Origin: Vampirovibrionales bacterium | Lineage (GTDB): Bacteria > Cyanobacteriota > Vampirovibrionia > Vampirovibrionales > Vampirovibrionaceae | Direction of reading: 5' to 3' | DNA: 64,000 bases | NCBI GenBank assembly: GCA_029262635.1 | Contig: JAJCZA010000005.1 | Span: forward strand, 607,371-671,370 | In this document: piece after piece, positions 16,381 through 25,511 of the stretch | Layout of the letters: each line of letters opens with the position of its first letter | Numbering within the stretch: position 1 is the first letter of the stretch | Translations under genes and position numbers: made by a program | Notes under the pieces: generated by a model | Told to the model about the DNA's origin: nothing | Database searches by the model: none | The model's input: the letters and a program-made list of their open reading frames with translations, nothing else

Positions 16381-18420
16381 CTATCGGGCCTTCCCGCCAT
16401 TCATCATGCCAACATCCTGGACGGTACCCATATTATCCATCATGGTACTCGCTGCCGGATTCGACCGACCACCGTAATTGATGGGCTGGTGAATTTTCAT
16501 CGTGTCATAATGAATGGTCTTACGTCGATTTCCAGGGATATAGTTTATCCCAAAAAAGGAGCGCTGGCGAACAAAATCGTACGCAAGATTCAACTTTACG
16601 TCTTCCGGTCCAACCAGTAGAAACAGGGAGCTACCTGTAAACAAGGCTCCTTTCGAGTTATCCCGGCTCAAGCTCATTCGGCTTCGCAACCCCACCGTCA
16701 CGTATTTGTTGATTCGATATTGATTAACCGATAAGGCACTGTTTCGGCCCCGATAATACGTATCGAAAACAAAGGGGGTTTCACCGGCGGTAGCGGCGTA
16801 AAAATAACGGTTATATGAGGTAAATCGATCGCCCCACTTGAGGAGCACATTGGGACCTGCTCGCATAACACCCACAAAATCACCGGTGGTATACCCGGCT
16901 AAGGCCATTTGGCCTGAGGCACCGACGCGGACGTAGCGATCGTCATTTCCAAATTTCAACAAAGGTTTGATGTTCTGAATCTGTGTCTGAAGCTGAACTC
17001 GTCCCGCCGTAATTGGTTCAGAATCAGGGGTCTCAACGAAAAAATCTTCATCATTGGTCGGGAAAAATTCATCATGAGCCACGCCCAAACTTGCAAAGCT
17101 CTTGATCAGCATATGTTCGTTATGAACTAAATTCCGCTCATCGGCAATTTGGGCAATGTATTTGGGTCGTTCCCAGCCGAGAAAACCTTGGTTATAATCT
17201 TCATTGGCGGCGGCAATTAGTCGTGTTTTACCCGCAAACAGTTTTTTCCGCATAAATAAATTAGGCGTCCCAATTTTATGGTTATAACCGGCCCGAATCT
17301 TCGTGTCATGAGACACATAGTTTAATAAAGCCCCATAACCTAAACCCGACGTATCTTCAATCTCCTGACCGCCTCGACGGCGGCGAGCGCCGGTTCCGTA
17401 GCTCATAATGGGGGAGAAACGAACGGTTCCTTTGCCCAGACGAAAATCCCACCCAGGGCCAAAGTATAAACCACCGTAATCTGGGTCGACTCCGATGTCC
17501 GGGCCTTGGTATTCAATATCTCCGGTGGCCGTATCATGAGATAAATCCATTTGATGCAGGCGGGCCAAAGTAAATTTCCCAAATTTGAATTTGGGATTCA
17601 CCAAGTTAATATCGTCGTAGCCATCTTCGTTTCGTCGAACCTGAACCTCTTTGGCATGCAAGCGAAACTTACTTCGCCAGCCCGTGCCTTCTTTATCCCA
17701 ATCCATATCCAACTCTTGAGATACCACCTGGTTTTCATACTGTTGGTCTTTTAAAAGCGGGTTATTCATGGCCAGGCTGGCTAAATCGTCCTCACCAAAA
17801 TCTTCAGGTGTGTACTGTTTTTTTTGGACCACGCCCTTGGGCGGAATGACGAGCTTTCCGTTTTCTAGCTGGATATAATCTGGATCCACAAAAGCCTGCT
17901 TGGCTTTTACTCGAATTTCATCCAATGAGGTAATGGGGTCGTTAATTAATGCTGATTTTCGAGTTAAGTCAATCTTGGCGTACGTCCCATAGGTTCGCTC
18001 GCCCTTATTATCGATGACCACATTGCCTTCGGCTTCCATGAGTTCGGTTGCCGGGTCGTAAATAACCTTGTCGGCTACCAGTTCTGTACCTTGATCCGAC
18101 ACAATAACGTGCACTTCGCCGGTTGCTGTGTAGAGATTTTTATCCGTATCGTATTCCAGCGTATGGCTTACGATATCTACCACCACGGCTTTGGCTTCCA
18201 AAGGTTCCATGGTGTTTTCTGAGTCCCATCGTTTCTCCAGAGACTGGATCTCTTCAATTTCCAGCGATGGGACGATGGGTTGTCGAAACGACTCCTGCCC
18301 TTTAATGTCCACTTTCTTTTCAGGAACGCTTTCAGGGCCTGCCCAAGATGACAAGCCTGCCAAGCTGAGGCAAACATAGCTTAGGAAGGTGAGGGGAAGG
18401 ATAAAACGCTTTAAAAACAA
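16381..18420 (-). CDS. LptD/OstA-like outer-membrane LPS assembly protein
   Basis: Signal peptide, OstA-type beta-jellyroll repeats (TLEYDTDKNLYTATGEVHV, ADKVIYDPATELMEAEGNVVI) and a C-terminal region of alternating beta strands. Confidence 0.65.
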   Translation of the reverse strand: MFLKRFILPLTFLSYVCLSLAGLSSWAGPESVPEKKVDIKGQESFRQPIVPSLEIEEIQSLEKRWDSENTMEPLEAKAVVVDIVSHTLEYDTDKNLYTATGEVHVIVSDQGTELVADKVIYDPATELMEAEGNVVIDNKGERTYGTYAKIDLTRKSALINDPITSLDEIRVKAKQAFVDPDYIQLENGKLVIPPKGVVQKKQYTPEDFGEDDLASLAMNNPLLKDQQYENQVVSQELDMDWDKEGTGWRSKFRLHAKEVQVRRNEDGYDDINLVNPKFKFGKFTLARLHQMDLSHDTATGDIEYQGPDIGVDPDYGGLYFGPGWDFRLGKGTVRFSPIMSYGTGARRRRGGQEIEDTSGLGYGALLNYVSHDTKIRAGYNHKIGTPNLFMRKKLFAGKTRLIAAANEDYNQGFLGWERPKYIAQIADERNLVHNEHMLIKSFASLGVAHDEFFPTNDEDFFVETPDSEPITAGRVQLQTQIQNIKPLLKFGNDDRYVRVGASGQMALAGYTTGDFVGVMRAGPNVLLKWGDRFTSYNRYFYAATAGETPFVFDTYYRGRNSALSVNQYRINKYVTVGLRSRMSLSRDNSKGALFTGSSLFLLVGPEDVKLNLAYDFVRQRSFFGINYIPGNRRKTIHYDTMKIHQPINYGGRSNPAASTMMDNMGTVQDVGMMNGGKAR

Positions 18421-18528
18421 GTGCGAAGGCTCCGGTTAGTTTTTCGTTTTTGTATTCTTTATAATTTCTTTATGACTTCATCGTATTGTAACAAAAGCAA
18501 ACGGCAAAGACAGCATTTTACTAATTAA

Positions 18529-19779
18529 TTATCTTAAATACGACTGTGGATTGACCGGTTTTCCGTTGAGTCGAACTTCAAAATGGAGGTGACATCCGGT
18601 CGAGTTGCCGGTGGTGCCTATCCGGCCTACCACTTGTCCTTGGCTGACCGTTTGGCCTGTTTTAACCGACTGGCTGGATAAATGCGCGTACAAGGTCGAG
18701 TGGTTCTTCCCTCCCCGGCTACCGTGGTTAATCACCACCACTTTACCGTAGCCGCCTCGCCACTTGACCTGAATGACCTTGCCCCCATCGGCGGCCTTAA
18801 CTGGAACACCACAACCTTTAGCAATGTCAAGCCCGGTATGCATTCGACGACGTCTTGCAATAGGATGGCGGCGCATACCAAAGCCTGAAGAGATACGCCC
18901 CTTTACTGGCCAGCTATAATGACCTGTTACACCGGAAATCTTGATCTTTGCCTTTCGATCTTTTTTCGTGAGTTTCATGATCTCGGATTCCAGTTTCTTT
19001 GACTGTTTTAGCAGTTCTTTTTCCGACTGTTCGTAATACTTGGCGTCTTTTAAAAGTTTTTGCTTCCATAGCTTGTTGCGGGCGATTTGATCCTTTAGAG
19101 AAAATTCTAGTTTTTGTTTGTTCTTAAAATTTTCTTCGACGTAAACTTTTTGTCGAGAAAGTGCTTCTCGCTGTTGGCGCAGTTCTTTCTCTTTCCAGGA
19201 TAACGCTTCCAAAACGCGTTTATCATGAGCCACCAGTCGTTGTTTATAATACAACCGATCCAGAAAGGTGGAAATGTCATCCGCGCCCATCAGAACCTGA
19301 AGCATGTTGACTCGCCCACCCATGTATAGGGTGCGAACTCGTTGCCGGGCCTCTTGGTACAGGCGGGTCCGTTCGCCAACAGCTTTGTCAATATCTTCTG
19401 TCAACGTGGTTAGCCGCATTCGGGCGTTTCTCAATTGCCATTGCTGACTCCGTAATTTGGAGCGAGTCTGATCCAGATTGCGCTCAACAGCAACAATCTT
19501 GGAGTTAACCTGCCGAGCTTCCCGTATTTTAGCGTTTTTCTGGGCTCTCAAGGCTCGAAGCTTGGTATTAACCGAGTGAGTCTGAGCTTCCAGCTTCTCT
19601 CGAACCTCTTTTTCTTTATCCTTCGTTGATTTTTTCTCTTGTGCCTGTGCCGGAATTCCAGCCCACTCAAGGGTAGGAGTAAAGATACTAGCAAAGAACC
19701 CCAAAGCTAGTAAGAGCCCCAAAGAAAGACTTCGACGGCAACGCCTTGAAACCCAATTATCCAACGGTTTAAGAGCCAC
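18529..19779 (-). CDS. Coiled-coil plus M23 peptidase (EnvC/murein hydrolase activator-like, catalytic ligands retained)
   Basis: Signal peptide, long coiled coil, and motifs WPVKGRISSGFG, MHTGLDIA, TLYAHLS and STGCHLHFEVR. Confidence 0.9.
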   Translation of the reverse strand: MALKPLDNWVSRRCRRSLSLGLLLALGFFASIFTPTLEWAGIPAQAQEKKSTKDKEKEVREKLEAQTHSVNTKLRALRAQKNAKIREARQVNSKIVAVERNLDQTRSKLRSQQWQLRNARMRLTTLTEDIDKAVGERTRLYQEARQRVRTLYMGGRVNMLQVLMGADDISTFLDRLYYKQRLVAHDKRVLEALSWKEKELRQQREALSRQKVYVEENFKNKQKLEFSLKDQIARNKLWKQKLLKDAKYYEQSEKELLKQSKKLESEIMKLTKKDRKAKIKISGVTGHYSWPVKGRISSGFGMRRHPIARRRRMHTGLDIAKGCGVPVKAADGGKVIQVKWRGGYGKVVVINHGSRGGKNHSTLYAHLSSQSVKTGQTVSQGQVVGRIGTTGNSTGCHLHFEVRLNGKPVNPQSYLR

Positions 19780-19891
19780 CTAGAAGCACCGCCATAACAG
19801 ACTGGAAGACGAGGGGCATAAAGAATATTCCAGCGGCTATAAGCGAAAATAAAGCGATCCATCGGGCGTTATCCCGGAAAAAACCCATCAT
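19769..19891 (-). CDS. 40-aa single-TM small protein (below the ORF-track cutoff)
   Basis: MMGFFRDNARWIALFSLIAAGIFFMPLVFQSVMAVLLGGS, with an AAAGGA RBS. Its stop overlaps the GTG start of the M23 gene. Confidence 0.6.
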   Translation of the reverse strand: MMGFFRDNARWIALFSLIAAGIFFMPLVFQSVMAVLLGGS

Positions 19892-20052
19892 GGTGATTAT
19901 CCTTTTCAAGCAAATCTTTAAAACAGGTCAAAGCCTGACGCTCCTTGATTTTACATTATTACCGGTTGAAAGCAAAGTCAAAATCGGTCAACTTCCTGGA
20001 AATACAGGGGATTCTTAATATTAATTTATTTGAAGGGTCTTTGTCATTTTTT

Positions 20053-20079
20053 TAAAGTTCTTTGGCTTCAAGTCGATAC
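20053..20079 (+). promoter_or_regulatory. Sigma-28-type promoter
   Basis: TAAA-N15-GTCGATAC, 56 nt upstream of a small ORF. Confidence 0.6.
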
Positions 20080-20135
20080 TCAAATCATCACCAACCCCAT
20101 GTTTTAAAGAGAGTCAGAACGGAGACCTGTATAGA

Positions 20136-20315
20136 ATGAGAATGAACACCGCCCTTTTGGACACCCCTGTTCAGCGAACCGCTTGTAAAAATACATCATT
20201 CTCAATCCATTTTGTGATTAAAGGTGCAGAAAAGCGGCGCCAACTGGCCTATAGTCGAGCCAAGGCTCTTCAGCGAGAATTAGGCGTGATCCCTACTTTA
20301 ACGTGTGTCAAGTAA
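20136..20315 (+). CDS. 59-aa basic small protein (below the ORF-track cutoff)
   Basis: MRMNTALLDTPVQRTACKNTSFSIHFVIKGAEKRRQLAYSRAKALQRELGVIPTLTCVK, with GGAG upstream. It is flanked by a sigma-28-like promoter and a terminator-like hairpin. Confidence 0.6.
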   Translation: MRMNTALLDTPVQRTACKNTSFSIHFVIKGAEKRRQLAYSRAKALQRELGVIPTLTCVK

Positions 20316-20380
20316 CCCACTAGCGACATGTTTCATTAAAGCATCCCCTACTCTTTAAAGAGCTTTTGCTCAATATTTTG

Positions 20381-20413
20381 CCGGGCCTTCAACATCAAAC
20401 AGGCTCGGTTTTT
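20381..20413 (+). terminator. Putative intrinsic terminator after the 59-aa ORF
   Basis: CCGGGCCT-N12-AGGCTCGG followed by TTTTT. Confidence 0.5.
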
Positions 20414-20452
20414 GGCGAGGTTGTTTTTCTTTTTTATGGGATAATCCTATCC

Positions 20453-21694
20453 ATGACGACGATAACGCCTTTTTCAACCTCGACGATTCAGGATGCGGAA
20501 GTGGCTTTAGCTAGCCATTGGCAGGTTCTTGATACGATTTCAAGCCAGGTGTTTGAACGTGTTCTGGAAGGCTTTATCCAATATCGTGTTGGTGAGGAAC
20601 ACTTCTTATCAGTTACTGGCTATGGTCATGATGATTTAGGGCGACAGACAACCGATCAGGTTTTTGCTTACGCGCTTCAAGCGGAAAGGGCATTGGTCCG
20701 GCTTCAAATGGTTTCAGGCACCCATGCTTTGTCGGTCGCCTTAAACGGGACTCTCAAAGCTGGAGATACCATGTTGTCCTTAACAGGCTGTCCTTACGAC
20801 ACGCTGGAAGAAGTGATTGGTTTGCGGGCTAACAACCCTCAGTCGCTCATCGCCAAAGGGGTCGAATATGACAGTATCGATCCCTTTCACAACAACCGCT
20901 TTCATCTTCCTCAATCCCCTGAAGCCGATGAAAAAGTTCGCCGCGCTACCATGGTTTATATTCAACGTTCCCGTGGCTATGCGTCTCGACAAACGTTAAC
21001 GATTAAAAATATTCAAGCCCTCTGCCAGTGGGTACGTCAGTTAAATTCCCATGTCATCATTATGGTGGATAATTGTTATGGCGAATTTGTGGAAGCACAG
21101 GAGCCCACCGCTGTGGGTGCCGATCTGATGGCCGGTTCTCTGATCAAAAATCCGGGTGGAGGCATCGTTCCCACGGGAGGCTATATTGCTGGCAAAAAAG
21201 AGTTAGTAGAACAGTGTGCTTACGCTTTGACGGCTCCAGGCATTGGCGCTGAGGGCGGATATACGTTTGATTTAAATCGCTTGATTCTTCAAGGGCTTTT
21301 TCTCGCACCGGGTATGGTTCTGGACGCCTTGAAAGGAGCGACACTTGCTTCTTACCTGTTTGAACAAAAAGGCTATACGGTTTTTCCACACTGGCAAGAC
21401 CTTCGGGGCGATATTATTCAGCTTGTTGAGCTAGGCAGTCCAGAAAAACTGATTCAATTTTGCCGGTGCGTGCAGGCAAACAGTCCCGTCAGCGCAAATG
21501 TCCGCCCGGAACCTTCCGTTGTTCCCGGCTATGGCGATAAAGTGGTTATGGCGGGTGGAACCTTTATCCAAGGGGCAACGCTGGAACTTTCTGCTGATGG
21601 CCCTTTACGGGAACCTTACGCTGTTTTCCTTCAGGGCGGGCTGGTTTATGCGCATAGCCGACTCATTATTAGTAAATTAATGGAAATACTGTAA
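20453..21694 (+). CDS. Methionine gamma-lyase family / aluminium-resistance protein (YnbB-like, PLP-dependent)
   Basis: Motifs TGYGHDDLGR, VSGTHAL, YIQRSRGY, VDNCYGEFVE, GSLIKNPGGG and MAGGTFIQGATLELSADGP. Start moved to ATG 20453. Confidence 0.9.
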   Translation: MTTITPFSTSTIQDAEVALASHWQVLDTISSQVFERVLEGFIQYRVGEEHFLSVTGYGHDDLGRQTTDQVFAYALQAERALVRLQMVSGTHALSVALNGTLKAGDTMLSLTGCPYDTLEEVIGLRANNPQSLIAKGVEYDSIDPFHNNRFHLPQSPEADEKVRRATMVYIQRSRGYASRQTLTIKNIQALCQWVRQLNSHVIIMVDNCYGEFVEAQEPTAVGADLMAGSLIKNPGGGIVPTGGYIAGKKELVEQCAYALTAPGIGAEGGYTFDLNRLILQGLFLAPGMVLDALKGATLASYLFEQKGYTVFPHWQDLRGDIIQLVELGSPEKLIQFCRCVQANSPVSANVRPEPSVVPGYGDKVVMAGGTFIQGATLELSADGPLREPYAVFLQGGLVYAHSRLIISKLMEIL

Positions 21695-21706
21695 GCCTTA
21701 CAACGT

Positions 21707-23128
21707 TTACAAGCTCTTGATGCGGGCAGTTAGCTCTTTAACCTGCTGGGCGAGTACCGGATGTTCCTGCATGATGGCGTTTATCTTCTCATAGGAGTAT
21801 AAAATCGTCGTGTGTTTTCGTCCGCCTAGTAGCTTGCCAATTTTAGGAAAGCTGGCATCGGTCAGGGTGCGAATCATATAGATGGCGACTTGCCGGGCAA
21901 AGGAAATATCCTTAGAGCGGGATGAGCTTTTTAGATCTTCAACCCGTAAATGATAATATTCCGAAACGGTTTCCAAAATGCGATCCAAAGAGAGGCGGGC
22001 TGGATCCATTTGGACACCTAGTATCCGTTGCGCGGTTTGAAGATTCATGGGGGTTTTTGTTGCGGTCAGCAGGGTGTAGGCCACCACTTTATTCAGCGCC
22101 CCTTCCAGCTCTCGAATGTTATTTGGATAGGATTCTGCCAAATATGTGAGCACCTCTTTCGGGAGATCCACCCCTTTCTCTTCGGCTTTGGCGTAGAGAA
22201 TGGCCAAACGGGTTTCCACATCCGGTGGCTGGATGTCCGCCATTAATCCCCATTCAAAACGGCTTCGGAGCCGTTCTTCCAAATCTGGCAAGTGTTTGGG
22301 TGGACGGTCACTGGACAGAATAATTTGTTTTCCCGACTCATGCAGGGCATTAAATGTGTGAAACAGTTCTTTTTGGGTGCGGTCTTTTCCGCCAAAAAAC
22401 TGCACGTCGTCAATAATTAGTACATCAATATTTCGATAACGATCCCGAAATTTATTCCAGTCCTTTTTACCTAAAGCTGAAATCAGTTCGTTGGTAAACT
22501 GTTCCGAAGTAATGTACTTGACTTTTTTCTCAGGGAAATTCATGAGAGTAAAGTTGCCAATGGCTTGAATTAGGTGGGTTTTTCCCAGCCCAACGCCGCC
22601 ATAGATAAAGAAGGGGTTATAACTCTGGGCCGGATTTTCTGCAACGGCCAGCGCTGCTGCATGGCAGAACTGATTTTGCTCGCCCACGACAAACTTATCA
22701 AACGTATACTTTGCGTTAAGACTACTGTTGTTGGTTCGTGGTGTCCATGGCCGGAAGGGTAACTCACTCTCTTCCGCAGGGAGTCTTGGACCAGAAGGTG
22801 TTGATGAGGCTGGGGCTTCCGGTGATTTCTCTCGGACAACCACTGAAATGTCGGAAATATCCCGACTAACAACCTCACCAAAAGCTTCTCGAAGTTGCTG
22901 GCGGTAGTTTTTAAGAACCCAGTCCCGTTTAAAGCTACTATCTGTTCCCAATGTAACGGATTCATGTTCGACAGCATCCACGACTAGTGGGCCAATCCAT
23001 GTTTCAAAACTGGGTTCACTCATCTGGGAGCGGAGTAACTCTTTAACGGCCTGCCATACAGGCTGAAGATCCTGAACCCAATGTTTTGATGCGTTAATCG
23101 CACCATCTGCCGAAGTCGATGTTGTCAT
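21707..23128 (-). CDS. dnaA: Chromosomal replication initiator DnaA
   Basis: Motifs SFETWI, LNAKYTFDKFVVG, YNPFFIYGGVGLGKTHL, IIDDVQF, RLRSRFEWGL and NIRELEGAL, plus domain IV. Confidence 0.98.
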   Translation of the reverse strand: MTTSTSADGAINASKHWVQDLQPVWQAVKELLRSQMSEPSFETWIGPLVVDAVEHESVTLGTDSSFKRDWVLKNYRQQLREAFGEVVSRDISDISVVVREKSPEAPASSTPSGPRLPAEESELPFRPWTPRTNNSSLNAKYTFDKFVVGEQNQFCHAAALAVAENPAQSYNPFFIYGGVGLGKTHLIQAIGNFTLMNFPEKKVKYITSEQFTNELISALGKKDWNKFRDRYRNIDVLIIDDVQFFGGKDRTQKELFHTFNALHESGKQIILSSDRPPKHLPDLEERLRSRFEWGLMADIQPPDVETRLAILYAKAEEKGVDLPKEVLTYLAESYPNNIRELEGALNKVVAYTLLTATKTPMNLQTAQRILGVQMDPARLSLDRILETVSEYYHLRVEDLKSSSRSKDISFARQVAIYMIRTLTDASFPKIGKLLGGRKHTTILYSYEKINAIMQEHPVLAQQVKELTARIKSL

Positions 23129-23520
23129 TCCTGCGAGTGTCTCTCTTCCTTAACGTAGACTTTTTTACTGATTTAGGGGTGCTAGACGTTACTCTTGCCT
23201 AACAAACAGATGTTAACTAACCACTAATTCTAACAAAATCCTTCACTATCTTTTTTCTTGGAATCCACCCGTTTAAATGCTGACCAACCAACGGCGCTCC
23301 CTCGATACTCTTATTCTGGGTGATCAAAAAATAAGATAAGGTTTTATAAGTTCCCTGTTAAAGTATCACAGATCGATGGCGTGACATCCATCGCATTGCA
23401 AAGCGTTTACATTAAATTTCGTGTCGTTTTTTTGCTTTTCGTGAAGTTTTTTTGTATAAGGTAGAAAGACGTTTTTTGAACAGTAAGTACGTATTTAAAA
23501 CATTCTGGAGATCTCCGACG

Positions 23521-23655
23521 ATGAAACGGACCCTTGAAGGCACCAATCGAAAGCGACGACGCGTTAGCGGATTCCGAGCCCGTATGCAAACGCCGGGAGG
23601 CCGTCGTACTTTGAGCCGCCGCCGAGCTAAAGGCCGACATAAAATTGCCATTTAA
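23521..23655 (+). CDS. rpmH: 50S ribosomal protein L34
   Basis: [44 protein letters not shown] with a GGAG RBS, divergent from dnaA. Confidence 0.96.
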   Translation: MKRTLEGTNRKRRRVSGFRARMQTPGGRRTLSRRRAKGRHKIAI

Positions 23656-23693
23656 GCTTTTATTTTGCTGGATTTCCCTCCTCCTTTTATTCA

Positions 23694-24086
23694 ATGTCCA
23701 TGCTTAAAAAGTCCCTCCGCCTTAAATCTTCTCGGCAATTTTCTCAAACGCTCCGTAATCGACAACGTTATGTTGATCGTTGCTTTGCTGTTTATGCTTT
23801 GAGACGACCTGAACAAGCGGCAACAGCGGTTTCTTTCCTCCCGCGGTTTGGGTTAATTGTTAGCAAGAAGACCGAAAAACGGGCTGTTCGACGTAACCGA
23901 ATAAAGCGTCAATTTCGGGAGATCCTGCGAACCCAGATTATCCCGGAGTATTCTGCTCGTTTAAGCCACTGGCAAACGGTGGTGATTATTATCCGTCCTC
24001 AGGCCCTGAATACGCCGTTCGATCAGTTGAAACTAAAACTGAAACAATGCTTTACGAATCTTCCGATTTCGTCCTTAAATAAATAA
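23694..24086 (+). CDS. rnpA: Ribonuclease P protein component
   Basis: Motifs RLKSSRQF and RFGLIVSKKTEKRAVRRNRIKRQFRE (RNR motif), located after rpmH. Confidence 0.93.
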   Translation: MSMLKKSLRLKSSRQFSQTLRNRQRYVDRCFAVYALRRPEQAATAVSFLPRFGLIVSKKTEKRAVRRNRIKRQFREILRTQIIPEYSARLSHWQTVVIIIRPQALNTPFDQLKLKLKQCFTNLPISSLNK

Positions 24087-24100
24087 GGTATGTAAAAGAG

Positions 24101-24334
24101 ATGAACATTTCGATGCTGAAACCGCTTGTTCTTGGTTTAATTAAGCTGTATCAAAAGCTCACTTGGTTTTTGCCCCACGTGTGTCGATATTATCCGAGCT
24201 GTTCCAACTTTATGCTGGAATCCATTCAAACTCATGGCCTGATTACCGGAGGCTGGCTCGGAACGAAACGTATTTGTCGGTGTCATCCCTTTTCGGAGGG
24301 TGGTATGGACCCGGTTCCTCCCAAATGTTCCTGA
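24101..24334 (+). CDS. yidD: Membrane protein insertion efficiency factor
   Basis: Motifs CRYYPSCS and KRICRCHPFSEGGMDPVP. Confidence 0.93.
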   Translation: MNISMLKPLVLGLIKLYQKLTWFLPHVCRYYPSCSNFMLESIQTHGLITGGWLGTKRICRCHPFSEGGMDPVPPKCS

Positions 24335-24362
24335 CTTTTATTTAACACTGGAGACCCCTGCT

Positions 24363-25511
24363 GTGGATATTATCAACGATTTTATGTTTTATCTGTTGAA
24401 CCTGATTAAAGGAGGGCTGGATAGCTTTCATATCGGCGGTGGATACGCGCTGGCGATTATCTTGCTTACAGCTGGACTCCGCCTTCTACTTTGGCCGTTG
24501 AACTCACAGCAGACCCGCTCCATGAAAAAAATGCAAGAGCTTCAACCTAAAATTAAAGAACTTCAGGATCGCCATAAAGAGAATCCACAAAAAATGCAGG
24601 AGGCCATGATGAAGTTCTACACGGAGAACAAGTTTAATCCGCTGGCCGGGTGTCTGCCTATGCTGGTTCAACTGCCTATTTTCATTGGCTTGTACGGGAT
24701 GTTGATTAGCCCCAATTTTCTCGCTATGGCGGGCGGGGATTCGTTTCTTTTTATTGAAAATCTGGGTCAAACCCTGCGGAGCCATGCAGGAAAAACGCTG
24801 GACGGTACGTTTAACGTCAAAGCTGACGACAAATTTATAACGGCAAAAACCATTGAATTTGACTTTAAAACCGGTAAAACGTCTTCTTTTAAGGTAAAAG
24901 ATAATCGAAAAGTCCTTCAAGTCGAGCCTCAGCCGTTAATTCCTGGAACGCCAGTTGAGTTAAGCTTGAAGCCTGAGCTTATTGGGGAGACCCCACTTAC
25001 CGAAACCTTTATGAAAGCGGTTAAGTCAGCGCACTTAACGGTTGTCAATGATTCTACCAAAGAGGTGGAAAAGCTGACGTTTATTCCAACAGAAGTCTCC
25101 TTAACCAACGTGGACCCCACAACTCAGGAAGGGATGTCGGCCATGCCATGGAAATTATCAGCCAGTATTCCTAGTGTGGAGGGCGAAGACCAATTTCATT
25201 TAAGTGTACTGTGGCTGATTCTTATCTACACGCTAGCGACCGTACTTTATCAGAGGCTTATGACAAAGGATACTCCTAAAACACCGGATGCTGGTCCACA
25301 AGCCCAGATGATGAAATTCATGCCCTTTATGTTTGTTGGCTTCCTGGTCTTTTTCCCAATCCCGGCCGGTGTTATTCTTTACTTGGTGGTGACCATGTTG
25401 CTTATGTTTGTTCAAACCGCCTACATTCGCCTTGTAGATAAAAAGCCGTCTAAAGAGACACCTGCCAATAATATTCCCAAGCAACAGATTGTCGATATTA
25501 AAGCCGATTAA
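24363..25511 (+). CDS. yidC: Membrane protein insertase YidC
   Basis: Motifs YALAIILLTAGLRLLLWPL, MKKMQELQPKIKELQ, NPLAGCLPMLVQLPIF and PAGVILY. GTG start 24363 follows GGAG. Confidence 0.93.
   Translation: MDIINDFMFYLLNLIKGGLDSFHIGGGYALAIILLTAGLRLLLWPLNSQQTRSMKKMQELQPKIKELQDRHKENPQKMQEAMMKFYTENKFNPLAGCLPMLVQLPIFIGLYGMLISPNFLAMAGGDSFLFIENLGQTLRSHAGKTLDGTFNVKADDKFITAKTIEFDFKTGKTSSFKVKDNRKVLQVEPQPLIPGTPVELSLKPELIGETPLTETFMKAVKSAHLTVVNDSTKEVEKLTFIPTEVSLTNVDPTTQEGMSAMPWKLSASIPSVEGEDQFHLSVLWLILIYTLATVLYQRLMTKDTPKTPDAGPQAQMMKFMPFMFVGFLVFFPIPAGVILYLVVTMLLMFVQTAYIRLVDKKPSKETPANNIPKQQIVDIKAD

Noticed and set aside
20366-20452. TTG start giving the YnbB-like protein a 29-aa extension
   Set aside because: The extension overlaps a terminator-like hairpin and lacks an RBS. 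ATG 20453 fits the family length better.
23129-23520. oriC between dnaA and rpmH
   Set aside because: No cluster of recognisable DnaA boxes and no clear unwinding-element repeats. Kept only as an open question in the findings.
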